This document shows positions 37,101-49,994 of a stretch of DNA of 64,000 nucleotides, in pieces (within the stretch, counting starts at the first letter, position 1; each line of letters opens with the position of its first letter). The DNA lies in contig CM041465.1 in NCBI GenBank assembly GCA_023213395.1, forward strand, positions 148,621,741-148,685,740, in the 5' to 3' direction. The stretch is from Cycas panzhihuaensis. Taxonomy: Eukaryota; Plantae; Cycadophyta. The notes beneath the pieces were generated by a model. That model did no database searches. It saw only the letters and a program-made list of their open reading frames with translations, and was not told the origin of the DNA. The position numbers were made by a program, and so were the translations under genes.

Positions 37101-38775
37101 GTTTAGATCTGATGGGTCCATTGACAAACATAAGGCTAGACTTGTTGGTAAATGAACAAAAGAGAAGGTATAGACTATAATGAAACCTTTGCTCTTGTTG
37201 CTCGAATGGAAACTGTTCGTATGATGTTAAGTCTAACAGCCCAAAAAGGTTGGGGTGTTCACCAAATGGACATCAAGAGCGCCTTTTTCAATGGATACAT
37301 TGAAGAAGAAATATATGTTCAACAACCAAAAGGTTTTGAAGTCAAGGGGGAAGAGAATAAAGTGTATAAACTTAAAAAGACACTTTATGGTTTGAAACAA
37401 GCACCTAGAGCATGGTACTCTAGGATAGATAAATATTTCAGAGACCAAGGATTCGAGAGAACCCAATCGGATCCAAATCTATACATTAAAATTGAGGGAG
37501 ACTCCATATTGATTGTGGGACTTTATGTTGACGATTTGGTCTATACAAGAAATGACTCCCATCTTTCTCAAAAATTCAAGAATGACATGTGCCAAGAGTT
37601 CTAAATGACAGACTTGGGGCTAATGGATTACTTTGTAGGATTGGAAGTATAGCAAGATGATGATGGCATCTTTATTTTTCAAAGGAAATATACCTTGGAC
37701 CTACTCCAAAAGTTCAAGATGAGTGACTGCAAGGCTTTGTCCACACTAGCAAAAGTTGGAATCAAATTGTCCAAACTTGATGATTCTAATCCTGTTGATC
37801 CTACATTATATAGACAATTGACTGGAAGCCTAATATATTTGACATCAACACGACCAGATATCATGCATGCAGTTAGTGTTGTGTCAAGGTTTATGCAAGA
37901 TCCTAAAACTACACATTGGCAAGCGACTAAACGAATTCTAAGGTATCTAAAGGGCACAACAGACTATGGGCTACATTACAAACCTTCATTGAATTTCAGA
38001 TTGATCGGGTATACAAATTTAGCTTGGGCAAGTGATGTTAACGATAGAAAATCTACTTTTGGATATACCTTCAGTTTAGGTTCAACATCTATAGCATGGA
38101 GTACCAAAAAGCAAAACATCGTCTCCTTATCCACAACTGAAGCATAATATAAGGCAACAGATTCAGGTGCATGTGAAACGGTTTGGCTATGTTGTTTACT
38201 TCATGATCTCCAATTGAAATAGGATGGCCCTACCAAAATATGGTGTGACAATCAGAGTACTATTCAGATGACACGTAATCTGATTTTCCATGGAAGGACT
38301 AAACACATTGAGACGCAACATCACTTCATACGAGAACTTGTCCAAGCAGGAGAAATAGAGTTGATCTATTGCAACATAGAAGATCAGACAACAGATATTT
38401 TTACAAAGGCACTTGGAAAAATTAAATTCCATAAATTCAGAGATAAGCTGGAAGTTACACAAAATGAACATTATGGGGGAGAATGTTAGCAAATAATGTT
38501 CATTTTCTCTAAGGGGTGTGCATAGTGGCAATGGCACTCCACGGGCTGCCTCTAGCCGTCATCAGCCGAACTAGGTAATAGGTATGTATTTTTATATTTA
38601 TTTTTTGATTTGAAAAAAGGTGTCGGTCGATGGCAGGCTTGCCCAACGTCTGGACTATAAATATAGAGTTCAAATACTCAACAATGTTTTTAACACCACC
38701 ATCTATTGGAATATTTGTCAATTTCTCGTAATATGGCATTATAACCTATTCTGCTTTGTCCCTGCATACTCTTCA
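34154..38775 (+). mobile_element. Ty1/Copia element E (5' LTR lost; 292-bp 3' LTR at 38484-38775)
   Basis: Degenerate PBS TGTAATAGAGC (34163-34173); PPT ATGGGGGAGAA then TGTTAG...CTTCA. Confidence 0.85.
34233..38489 (+). pseudogene. Copia polyprotein of E (many stops)
   Basis: FDGSNFLNWS, CIYCHKVGHIENRC, LRSDNGGEF, QMDIKSAF, LYVDDL, RTKHIETQHHFIRE, ending GGEC*. Confidence 0.9.
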
Positions 38776-40014
38776 ATGAATACGATATTCAAACCTATTC
38801 TATGTAAGTTCGTGCTTGTTTCTTTTGACGATATTATTCTAATATATAACTCAACATGGGAGGAACACTTGGAGCATATCTGATTTGTTCTACAGATCCT
38901 CTAGGAAAACTAGTTCTTTGCCAACAAAAGCAAATGCATGCTAGGTTAGATTGAATTGGAATATCTTGGACATATCATCACTTAAGAAGGCATTAAGATA
39001 GACCCCCAAAAGGTCTAAACTATAATAAATTGGCCCATGCCCAAGAATGTAACTAGAGTACAAAGTTTCTTAGTAACAGTTAGATTTCTCCAGAAATTTA
39101 TAAAAGGATACACAAATATCGCATCTCTCTTGACAGATCTCATAAAAAGGGATGCTTTTCTATACAACTCTTCTATAGGAGATGATTTCAAGAGTTGAAA
39201 ACAACAATGGTCGCAGCTCTGGTTCTAGCAAACCCTGATTTTTCTCAACTTTTTACATTGGAATGCGATGCATCATGAACAAGAATAGGAGTAGTCCTCC
39301 TTTTAAAAGATAGACCATTGACTTATATGAGTCACAAACTCATTATCGGAGAATGACTTAAACCTATCTATGATAAAGAAATGCTTGCAATCATGCAAGC
39401 TATACACCAATGGCGTCGATATTTGTTGGGGAATAACTTCATAGTCAAAACAAACCATGATAGCCTCAAATATTTTCTCAACCAGAAGACATTATCTGAT
39501 GAGCAGCAAAAATGGGTAAGTAAACTCCAACATTTGATTTTAGCATCTTGTACAAAAAGGGAAAAGAGGACATCATTGTTGATGCTTTATCACGGATACT
39601 AGAAGACAACGTTGAAAATGCATCCTTGAAAGTAGTTTTAATAGCAACACCCACCTGGATGCAAGAATTGCTTTAAGAATATCAGAACGACCTCTGTATT
39701 CAAAAAATTTGGACGAAGATACAAGGTCAGGGATCTGTGAAGTACACAACACAAGGAAATCTGATTTTACAGAAAGGGAAAATATTGATCCTAATGACTT
39801 TAGCTCTTAAGGACAAGATTCTTTAGGAAGCCCACTCAACCCCTACCGCCGGGCATACAAGGATTGACAAAACATACTACAAGATACGAGGATCCTTCTT
39901 CTAGAAAGGGATCAAAGGAGATATCCACAAATTTGTATTAGAATGCGACTCCTATCGGAAGAATAAAAGTGGAAGTATAAAAGCACTAGGATTGCTCCAA
40001 CCATTACACATCCC

Positions 40015-40853
40015 TATGTGGGGGCAAAAAGGCATACACAATTTTATAAAGTTTTTGTGACTAGATAATGGCTAATTGCGATTCGATTGAACTACGAGCA
40101 GACTGTCCGAACTACGACTAGATCGCGGGTGTTTGATCGACATTGCGAGCGGATTGCGGTTTAGGTAAAAAGACTACGAGCAGGTCGCGACTTGGACAGA
40201 CATTGCGAGCAGATCGCAATTCGGGCTGAGGTTGTAAATAGATCGTGATGTAGGCCGAGATTGCGAGAAGATCGTGGTTCGGGTCGAGATTACGAGCAGA
40301 GCATAATTTGGGCTGAGGTCGCGAGTAGATTGTGATGCAGGTCGAGATTGCGAGCAGATCGCAGATCGGGTTGAGATCGCGAGCAGATCGTAGTCGGGCT
40401 AAGATCACGGGCATATCATAGTTGGAGTCAAGATCGTGAGAAGATCGTGATCCAAGATGGGGTTGCGAGTGGATCATAGTCTAATAAAGAATTTGTTTTA
40501 ATAAATTATGTGTTGTATACACGAAACTTAACCATCGTATTCATTGTAACTTATTATAGTTAAGGCCATTGGGAATCATGTATTTAAAGGGAAAAGGGAA
40601 GGGACGAGATGTATGTTTTTTTTGTATAGTAGACGGTAGTCAACCAAGATACTCTTCGGCCTATAATTCTTCTCTTGGTGTAAGTTGGTTAGCCGTCTAT
40701 CTTCTGTGTACTATCGGGTCTGCATCTAGTTGTGAGAGGACTAGGCGCAGTTCCCTATTGCAATAATATCATGTTTTGCATCATATGGATTGTTCCTTGT
40801 GCTTGCATAGTTCATTAAGAGCAATGACGTAATGGATAGGTGCACATCACACA
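40015..40853 (+). repeat. 5' LTR of H (839 bp) with a 29-bp tandem array
   Basis: Repeat of 49119-49994; units like GAGATTGCGAGCAGATCGCAATTTGGGCT. Confidence 0.92.
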
Positions 40854-40934
40854 TTGGTTCCGTTGCCTAATAAAACCCGGAGGATTTGGTAATATTAGAA
40901 TGGATAGAGTCAAGTAAATAATGGGACCTCTTCC

Positions 40935-43900
40935 ATGCCACCCAAGGCGGAAAAGAATCACGAAAAGAAGGTGGAGAGCATTGGGAGAATGAAAGACTCT
41001 AGGCTAGACTAAGAAAGCCGAGATTTGTAATCACACCAAGGAAGCAAGTGAAGAGGCGGCCACTTGCTAACTCGATTTCAAGAAGGAAGTCGAGTAAGGA
41101 GGAGGAAAGACGAACAGAGCGGGAAATATCACAGGAGTCTGTTAGAGAAAAGATAATCGAAGTAGAAAATAGCCAAGGGTACACATTGGAAGAGGATCCC
41201 CATGAAGTAGAAACTCAGACGAACAAAAGCCATAAAGAAATCGCGGAAGAATCATTTATACAAGAAAAAAGAAATAGTTTGATTGAATTAGAACTGTATA
41301 GTACAATAGATAGAGAGTGGAACCATCATTTGGTAGAAGTTAGAACTCTCCTAAGTCACATTTTGAATCCATTATTCAAAGTGACAATGGCGAGCTTTGG
41401 GGGAAGTGTAGGTTACACCACCAGGAGGAAATTTAGGAGGTGGCAGATCATCATCGAATCAATCGTTGCTTATAAATGTGGGAGGAGGTGGCAATCCACT
41501 ATTGCAAGGTAGGAGCCAAGGAAGTGGAGTAGGGTCAGTGGGACCCTACATAATTGTGCAAAATGATTTCGCATTTTCGAGCATTCAATTTGATGGATTG
41601 ATGAAACCTAGAGATCATTTAGCATTGTTTAAAAAAATGCTAAAGATAAACAAAATCACTGACCCAAAAGAGATAAAAGCTCGTTTCTTTTCTACCTTAA
41701 GGGGAGCAGCAGTTGCATGTTTCAATATGTTGCAACACATAATCTGTCATGGGAAAGATTACAAGATCAATTTTTGAATCGATTCCAAAAATTGAGGGAC
41801 CCTATAGCCATTTTTTAGGCCTTAGAGGAAATGAAGCAGCATCCGGGACAATTTGTAAATGATTTTGATGGAAGAATGCGCATAATAATGAGTAAACTAC
41901 AGCCAATAACAACAATTAGTCCAATGCTAGTAATGAAATATTTTGTGCAAGGACTAATTCCACAATTGATAGATAAAGTTTTGTTGCACCCAATGAACAA
42001 CTACGAACAAGTACGGGGGTTGGCCCTAAAGTTTGAAAATCAAATGAAGACTGCGTACTCTCAATGGTCCAACCAGCAGACAAGATAGATGGGCCCAATT
42101 CTCTCCCAGCTAGTATCGGGAGTGAATTATCAAATGGCAACAAATCCAGAAATTGAGGCATTAAGAAGAGAAGTGGAAGCTTTAAAACAACCATCAGTGG
42201 AAAAGCTAGCCAACATGTACCATAATCAAGAAGTGGAGAGTTTACGTTCAGAACTCGCCAAGCTGTGTTTGGAGAAATCGTGAGAAAATATATGGTGTCC
42301 ACCACCATGTAACCAACAAGGGCATCTGAGGAATGAACATAATAAAACATCATCATGGTGCGAGTATTGTAGAAAAACAAACCACAACACGTGGGAATGC
42401 TTTTCTCGTCCTAAGAATGATATCCATAATGTATTCTTGCAAAAGCCAGAGAAAATAGGAAAGCAATATAAGGGAAAGACCAAGCCAGTCAGATGCTTTC
42501 TATGCCAAAGATGGGGTTATTTTAGATCAGAATGCCCATTAGAAAAAAAAAGGAGGAGAATTCATTTGTGAAGAATGTGGACTAGTGGACCATGAATGGG
42601 TCAATTGTCCAAAGAATAACACACAAAATGTAAATCTGGCCTCGATTGTTCTAGATAAAGATGAGCCTCTCCAATTGCAAACGCCAAGTGGAAAGATAAT
42701 CTCCACACTTATCCAAGATACTTTTCCGGATCCAGCAGTAGAAAAGCAAAGACTCCAAGAAGCTGTCAAAATTTTGTAAGATGTAATGGGCAAAGTATAG
42801 CACGAAGAAGCTCATCAAGAAGGCTGATTCAAGGGACAAATCTATAAATGATAGATAGCCCCTGCAAAAATTCAGTCAAAAGAAGGTATGAATCCATGGT
42901 TAAGACTTCAGATGGTCAAAGATCTATTGATTGAATTAGGAGTCTCAATTCCTATCGCAACAGTATTTAAATGGTGGGAAGCTGGTTATTTTCAGCAATT
43001 GATTTTAGACTAGATTGAAAAACTTGTTATGATAGCCGCTAAGGAAAAGGGGTCGATCTAAGAGTACCAATGATCATTTTTGGTACAATGTTGTGCAAAA
43101 CAATTGTTGATGGAGGATCAGGAGTCAATGTGCTCCCTAAGTCTTCTTGGATAGAATTGGGAAGGCCAAAAATGGTAGCCCTAGACTATTCAATTAGACT
43201 GGCTAATCAGTTGCGGGTAAGACTGATGGGAATGAAAATGAATGTTCCAACCATGGTGGCATGAATCACTATTTTACTGGATTTTGTGGTAGTGCAAATG
43301 CAAAATGAAGAAAGAACATATCCAACATTGTTAGGGAGACCATGGCTATTGGCAACAAAAGCAATACAAGACTGGGGGAATTCACATTCAGACTGCAAGC
43401 AAGAAACAAAGCGGTGACCTTGCCATTATGCTCAGATGGGCCTTAGATGGAAAAAATAGTTGACAAAGAACGAGCATCATCCACAACTGTGGGATCAGAA
43501 CCCACTATAAGCTCTTGCTCGGAGGTGGTTTATCAACTTTAGACAAATGTACCAAGTAATGCATCATCAAAATATATGATGAATTGGCTACAGAATGCTT
43601 GGGGAGAGACGGAATATGCTCCATGTTACAAATTAGAAGTATGCATGGACTCCCTGGATTCAAACGACATAGCGGGAAAAGAAACGACACAGAGTACACC
43701 AAGTTTGGACGAAAAATTTAATAATGGAAGAAAGTTTTGGGAGCAAGCAAATCAGGCCGAAAATCATATAAACTATTGTAATCAATTGTTCACAAATAAT
43801 AATCAACATCAAGATTTTTGTTATTTGTTTGCATTGTCACTTGAGGGTCAAGTTGCAACGTGGTTCTCGATCAATAGTAGTAAGTTTAAATCATGGAATG

Positions 43901-46900
43901 AATTGTGCAAAAGCTTCCTATCAAGATTTCAAAAACAGGATAGTAGCTCGACCACATTTCCGAACATTGATGATTCCCTGATAAGCACCCCTGAAATAGG
44001 AGTTGAGTTAAATTGTAATCAAATTGAAGTAAAACAAAAGGGCAACGAATTTCTTGAAGAATATTCTAGTATGGAATATGGGAATAGAGTAATTGAACAA
44101 ACACCAGCATATAGGTGGAATCATGATGGCAAGACGATACAAAGTGAACAATTAAAAATACAACAGATAAATTTAGGTAGAAAAGAATCTCCTTAAATGA
44201 TCTCAATAAGAGACTATTGGGATAAGGAGACCGTGCAGTAGGCTACAAGTCTATTCTTATAATACAAAGATGTTTTTGTCTGGTCGTAACAGGACTTAAA
44301 AGGAATACCACTAGAACCAAGAAAACATCGAATTGACTTAATAGAAGGAATGAAACTAGTCCGCCAGCGTCCTTATCGAATGAATCCAAAGTATAAAGAA
44401 AAGGTGAAAGTAGAATTGGACAAATTACTGGAAGTTGGATATATTTTTGAAGTGGAAACTAGTGAATGGGTAAGCCCGGTAGTGGTGGCACCTAAAAAGA
44501 ATGGAAAACTTCCGGTTTGCGTGGATTACAGAGCCCTTAATAAGGTGACAAAAAAGGATCCTTTTCCAATACCTTTTACAGAAGACATTGTGGAGAAGGT
44601 AGCAGGTCAATAAGTCTCTTCATTTACGGATAGTTTCAACGGATACAACTAGGTGAGAATTGTAGAACAAGATCAACTAAAGACAACCTTTGTCACTGAA
44701 TGGGGGACATATGCATACAAGGTGATGCCCTTTAGGCTAACGAAAGCACCAGCCACCTTTCAAAGAATCATTCTGAACATTTTTTGGCACACAATTGGTA
44801 AGTCCATCGAAGTTTTTTTGGACGATTGGACATTGTACTCATTGTTAAAAGATTACTTGGGGAATTTGAAAGCAATGGGAAATGTGCTAGAAAAACAAAC
44901 TTTGCTTAAACCCAGCCAAATGTACGTTTTTGGTTCCATTTGGATCTCTTTTGGGACATATCATAAGCAAGGACGGCTTGCGGACAGACCTAGGTAAAGT
45001 AATAATAATCCTAAATTTTTCAGTGCCCAAAACAATAAAGCAGGTGAAGGCCTTTTTAGGTATGACAGGGTACTATAGGAAATTCATTAAAGGCTATGCA
45101 TAGATTGTAAATCCTTTAGAAAAATTGCTTAAGAAAGAGACAACCTGGGAATGGAAATTGCAACAACAATTAACATTTGAATTATTGAAAAGAAAGATTA
45201 CAGAAGCCCCTATTTTAAGATTTCCATACTGGGATCGACCATTTCACATTCACGTGGATGTTTCTCTGATGGCAACAGGATGTGTTTTAACACAACCTAG
45301 AGACAACAATGTAGACTTGCCTATTCACTTCGCTAACCAAAAATTGACACCTACTAAACGGAATTATTCAGTTACAGAGCGGGAAGGTCTGGGCATGGTT
45401 TATGCCCTTCAGAAATTTAGGCATTATTTGCTTGCTAACCCATTCATTGTTTATGTAGATCATCAAGCTCTGAAACACTTGATAAACAAGCCTATTTTAC
45501 AGGGCAAAATCAGTAGGTAGTTAATGTTATTTCAAGAATTTAACTTCAAAATTATAGTAAAAAAAAGGTGACAAATACACGATACTAGACGTGCTTTCAA
45601 GAGAAGTGGAAGGGGAACCAGCCATAGGAGTACCAGATGATTTTCCAGATACACAATTGTTTTCTGTAGAAGCCATATCAAAATTGTATGAAGGGATTGC
45701 AGAATGCCTTGCCACGGGACAGACACCGAAAGGGTTGGAAAAAGTTGAACTACAAAGTTTTATTCGAAAAATTTTTCCATTTCAGCTGGTACGTGGAATG
45801 TTATACAAGCTAGGTGCAGATGGTGTGTTACATCGTTGCATAATGGAACATGAGGTGTAGGGCATATTGCTTGAAGCACATGAAGGGGTCGCGGCTAAGC
45901 ACTAGGGAGTTGAACCCACAGTCAGGAAGATTTTGTTGGCACACTTTCAGTGGCTATCATTATTTGAAGATATGACAAAGTGGATAAAAGGATGTGATGT
46001 GTGTCAATGGGTGGGTAAGCCAAGCAAAAATCATTTTATGCCCCTACATCCAATTTTGGCATAGGCACCTTTTGAAAAATGGGGATTGGACTTTATTGGA
46101 CCAATAAGTTCCCTAGCAAAATGAACAAATGCAAGATATATATTGGTTGCCATAGATTTTTTTACAAAATGGATCGAAGCTTGGCCCATTAGACATTGCG
46201 ATGTGAGAAGTACTATTAAATTTTTATATGAAGATATTATTGTTCAATTTAGTTGTCCATTAGAGTTGGTATCAGATCAAGGTAGTAGCTTTTTAAATAG
46301 TACTATGAAATATTTAACCAATGAATTTATGATTCAACATTTTCAATTTTCTCCCTACTACCCTAGAGCAAACTGTCAGGTAGAAAGTACTAACAAAATT
46401 TTGAAGATTGCTCTATCGAAAATATGTAGTGAAGGAAGAACAGATTGGGTAGAACATTTGCATTCTGTTCTTTGGGCTGACAGGACAACGATCAAAAGAC
46501 CACACAAACAGACACCCTTCTAGTTGGTGTACGGACTTGAGGCAGTACTTCTATTGGAGTTCCAAGTTGAAAGTTTTCGAGTAGCAGCACAATTGAGGAT
46601 GAACGAACAAGATTCATGGAATGCACAAATGATGGAACTATTTAAATTAAACGAAAAAAGGGCACGAGCGTTATGGGAACTACAAACGGAGAAGCAACAA
46701 CGGAAAGCTTGGCATGATCGACACATCAAAACACCGCAATTTCAGGAAGGCGATCTTGTATTGATGTACGATGGCAAATTTCGTACAAAACCAAGAAAGT
46801 TGAAGCTGCACTGGTTGGGACCATACAAGGTAATGTACATAGGTACAAATGGAGTAGTATAGCTCAGATAGCTCGATGGTTGAATCGTATCCAAAATGGT

Positions 46901-46945
46901 GAATGGTAGTAGGCTGAAGCTTTACACCTTGCACGGAGAATTAAA
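40935..46945 (+). pseudogene. Gag-PR-RT-RNaseH-INT of H (disrupted)
   Basis: FFSTLRGAA capsid motif, CCHC knuckles, IVDGGSGVNV, LLGRPWL, VCVDYRALNK, FLDDW, TEREGLGMVYAL, VSDQGS, WLGPY. Confidence 0.9.
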
Positions 46946-47333
46946 AAAAAAGAAAAAGAAAAAAAAAATTGATGCAAAACATGAGATAGTAATGGTGCCA
47001 TCATGAGTGCATCATGGAAAAGTGAAAGCGACCTCGAAAGTGGCGACCTTGGTAGACAAATGTGGTGAATGGTTTTTGAGGTGATCGTAATTAATGTGGC
47101 GTTAAATTCATTATTAAAGAATTTTGGCGTGATAAGGCAATTAAAGTCGCACGATGATTAAAAAGGGTGACCGTTATTAAGGGGCATGATTGCAATCTTG
47201 GGTGACCGACTTTCCATGATTGCGACAAGACGAAAGGTGACGAGCTAAATTAATGCGTTAGTCCTGGACAATTACTAAGATGAAAATAGGGTATAATGAG
47301 TTGGAAGAGAAGGAGAAGTCGGGGAAACAAACA

Positions 47334-48943
47334 ATGGCGACAGAGTGGCAAAGGATGACAGTCACCTTCCACGAATTTGATGATGAACAAATTCAGAGGC
47401 AATGGCACGACATGCAACCATAGGACGAATGCAGGAAGAAGATGATCGCTGCCGATCTCGACCGATAGGTATTGGTGGGAGTACTTCCGAATGTGTATAG
47501 CTTTTTATCAACATCGATGGCACTAGTAATGCGGCAGCCATCTTTGTTGGATTGCTCCGCAGATGCAATTGCTAGGGTGATTGGATTACCGAATGAAGGC
47601 CCAGATATCCCCAAGGATAAACAGATATCGTGGGAACAAGCGACGCAGGAGATTGGAGCCAAAGAGTCAGATGTTACTTCTTCCAGAATCTGCATTTTAG
47701 GCATTGCATCTAAGGAAATGCATTGGATCGTACATTTCATCTTCACGAGGATCATTCTTGGTCAGAAAAATTCATTCGTACCAACCCATCTCCGAACAAT
47801 GCTGATTAAAGTCATTGCAGGACAGAAATTTAATTGGGCCAAGTTTGTTGCTACAAAATTTTCATGGAATTGGGAGGCAGTGAGTGGTGCGACTCAATCT
47901 ATTCTATTCTTTTACCCCACTTTATTTCAAGGTTTACTCTTTTCACAGTGTCCAGGAATCCTGCTACCAATGGTGGAAGGAGGACAACCTCTTCTGGCTA
48001 AGTGGACAGAATTATATTCAAGGGATCGTGGAAGAGGTACATCATAGCTGGCAGAGCTGCAAAAGAAAGTCACTACTTGGCTTTAGGCATGTTGGCAGGC
48101 TAGCACCCCGCATTTGAGTGTAAAGGTTGAAGAAGAAGAGGAAAGGAAGTTGCAGATAGAAGAAATTGGACAACAGCCAGTGGAGAAGCAAAAAGAACAA
48201 AAGAAATTGAAGGCGGAAATAAGGGGGGGGAAGAGAAACCTACCATGAAAGAACTAGAGTAGAAGAAGCTGAGACCGACTAAGCCTTTGAAGTATGAAGA
48301 GGAAGAAAAGCAGAAAAGAAGGAAGCAGGCGATAGAGAAGAGATGGCAGGAAATTCTAGAAGTGTTGAACAATCAACTAGCAAAAATTGAATTTAATTAG
48401 TCAGAGGATCACCTGGAAGAGGGTGTGGATCCATTACATTGCGATCCGTAGGATGTTTCGCAATGGAAAACCTCTTTTTTGGCAAAGGTGACGAGACAAT
48501 TGATGACAGAGTTGGAACAATGAAATCAGAGACCGCCACCAGATATGCAAAGAATCCAAAGCTTGGAGGATAAATTGGCAGTGGCAGAAGCCCAATTACA
48601 AATTTTGAAGGAATTTATTCTGTTATGGGTCAAAAATACAAATGAGATTCCTTCAAAGGTATAAGAGTTCAAAAGATGTTTTCAGCAGGAGATTCCTCTG
48701 GGGTTACAAGAAGTAATTTTCAAGCTAGGCGCATGGATTTTAGAGATCGAGGAGGAAGCGCAGCATGCAAATCGATTTTGGTCGAGAATCTATCGTTTGC
48801 GCCAGGACTTAGAAAGAATGGAAAAGATGTATGATGAGGTCAAGGAGGAAGTCTCCAAGTTTCATAAGGGGGAAAAACCAACTTTGGCACAGCTGGATGT
48901 ACTTCGTGATGTTGTGATCATGTTGTCGTTCACAAGGAGTTAG
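47334..48943 (+). pseudogene. Extra 3' ORF of H (env-like position; coiled-coil C-terminus), disrupted
   Basis: ATG at 47334 (MATEWQRM); ORF 47472-48047; charged and coiled-coil stretches (QRIQSLEDKLAVAEAQLQIL); TAG at 48941. Confidence 0.65.
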
Positions 48944-49118
48944 GATTTCGTTGACTATTTGCCGACCTGATACGAATTACATACGTCAGGCAATGAACTG
49001 ACTGCGTAGAGAACTGAGTGAGATGTAGACAATGATTGTTGTTTTTTGAAGGGGGGAAGGAATAGGAAAAGTTTTTGTAAACAAGTATGAATACTTGTTG
49101 AAATTTTGATGGGGGAGA

Positions 49119-49994
49119 TGTGTGGGGGCAAAAAGGCATACACAATTTTGTAAAGTTTTTGTGATTAGATCACGGCTAATTGCGATCCGGTTGAACTACG
49201 AGCAGATCACGAGTGTTTGATCGACATTGCGAGCGGATTGCAGTTCGGGTAAAGATTGCGAGCAGGTCGCGACTTGGACAGACATTGCGAGTAGATCGTG
49301 ATTTTAGCTGAGATTGCGAGCAGATCGCAATTTGGGCTAAGGTCGCGAGCATATTGTGATGTAGGCTGAGATTGTGAGCATATCACAGTTTGGGTTGAGA
49401 TTGCGAGCAGATCGCGGTTTAGGTCGAGATTGCAAGCAGATCATGATTCGAGCTGAGGTCACGAGTAGATCGTGATGCAGGTCAAGATTGCGAGCAGATC
49501 GCCAATCGGGTTGAGATCGCAAGCAGATTGTAGTTAGGCTAAGATCACGAGCAGATTGTAGTTGGAGTCAAGATCGCGAGTTGATCATGATCCAAGATGG
49601 GGTTGCGAGTGGATCATAGTCTAATAAAGAATATTGTTTTAATAAATTATGTATTGTATACACGGAAATTGATCATTGCACTCATTGTAACTTATTACGG
49701 TTAAGGCCGTTGAAAATCATGTATTTAAAGGGAAAAGGGAAGGGACAAGATGTATGTTTTTTTTGTATACTAAAAGGTAGTTGGCCAAGATACTCTTCGG
49801 CCTATAATTCTTCTTTTGGTGTAAGTCGGTTAGCCGTCTATCTTCTGTGTACTATTGGGTCTGTGTTTGGTTGTGAGAGGACGAGGTGCAGTTCCCTATT
49901 GCATTAATATCATGTTTTGCATCATATGAATTGTTCCTTGTGCTTGCATAGTTCATTAAGAGCAATGACATAATGGATAGGTGCACAACACACA
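49119..49994 (+). repeat. 3' LTR of H (876 bp) with a 29-bp tandem array
   Basis: TG...CA termini, followed by the TSD. Confidence 0.92.

Larger units (their letters stand above)
40015..49994 (+). mobile_element. Complete non-chromovirus Gypsy H (Athila/Phygy-like) with an extra 3' ORF
   Basis: LTRs 40015-40853 and 49119-49994; TSD ATCCC at 40010-40014 and 49995-49999; PBS TGGTTCCGTTGCC (tRNA-Asp-like); PPT GATGGGGGAGA. Confidence 0.93.

Noticed and set aside
40118-40477. Repetitive RSAR-motif ORFs (also 49337-49522)
   Set aside because: Antisense translations of the LTR tandem repeat.
40085-40480. CRISPR-like array next to a reverse transcriptase
   Set aside because: The units are contiguous degenerate 29-mers without unique spacers and are duplicated in both LTRs; there are no cas genes and the context is eukaryotic.
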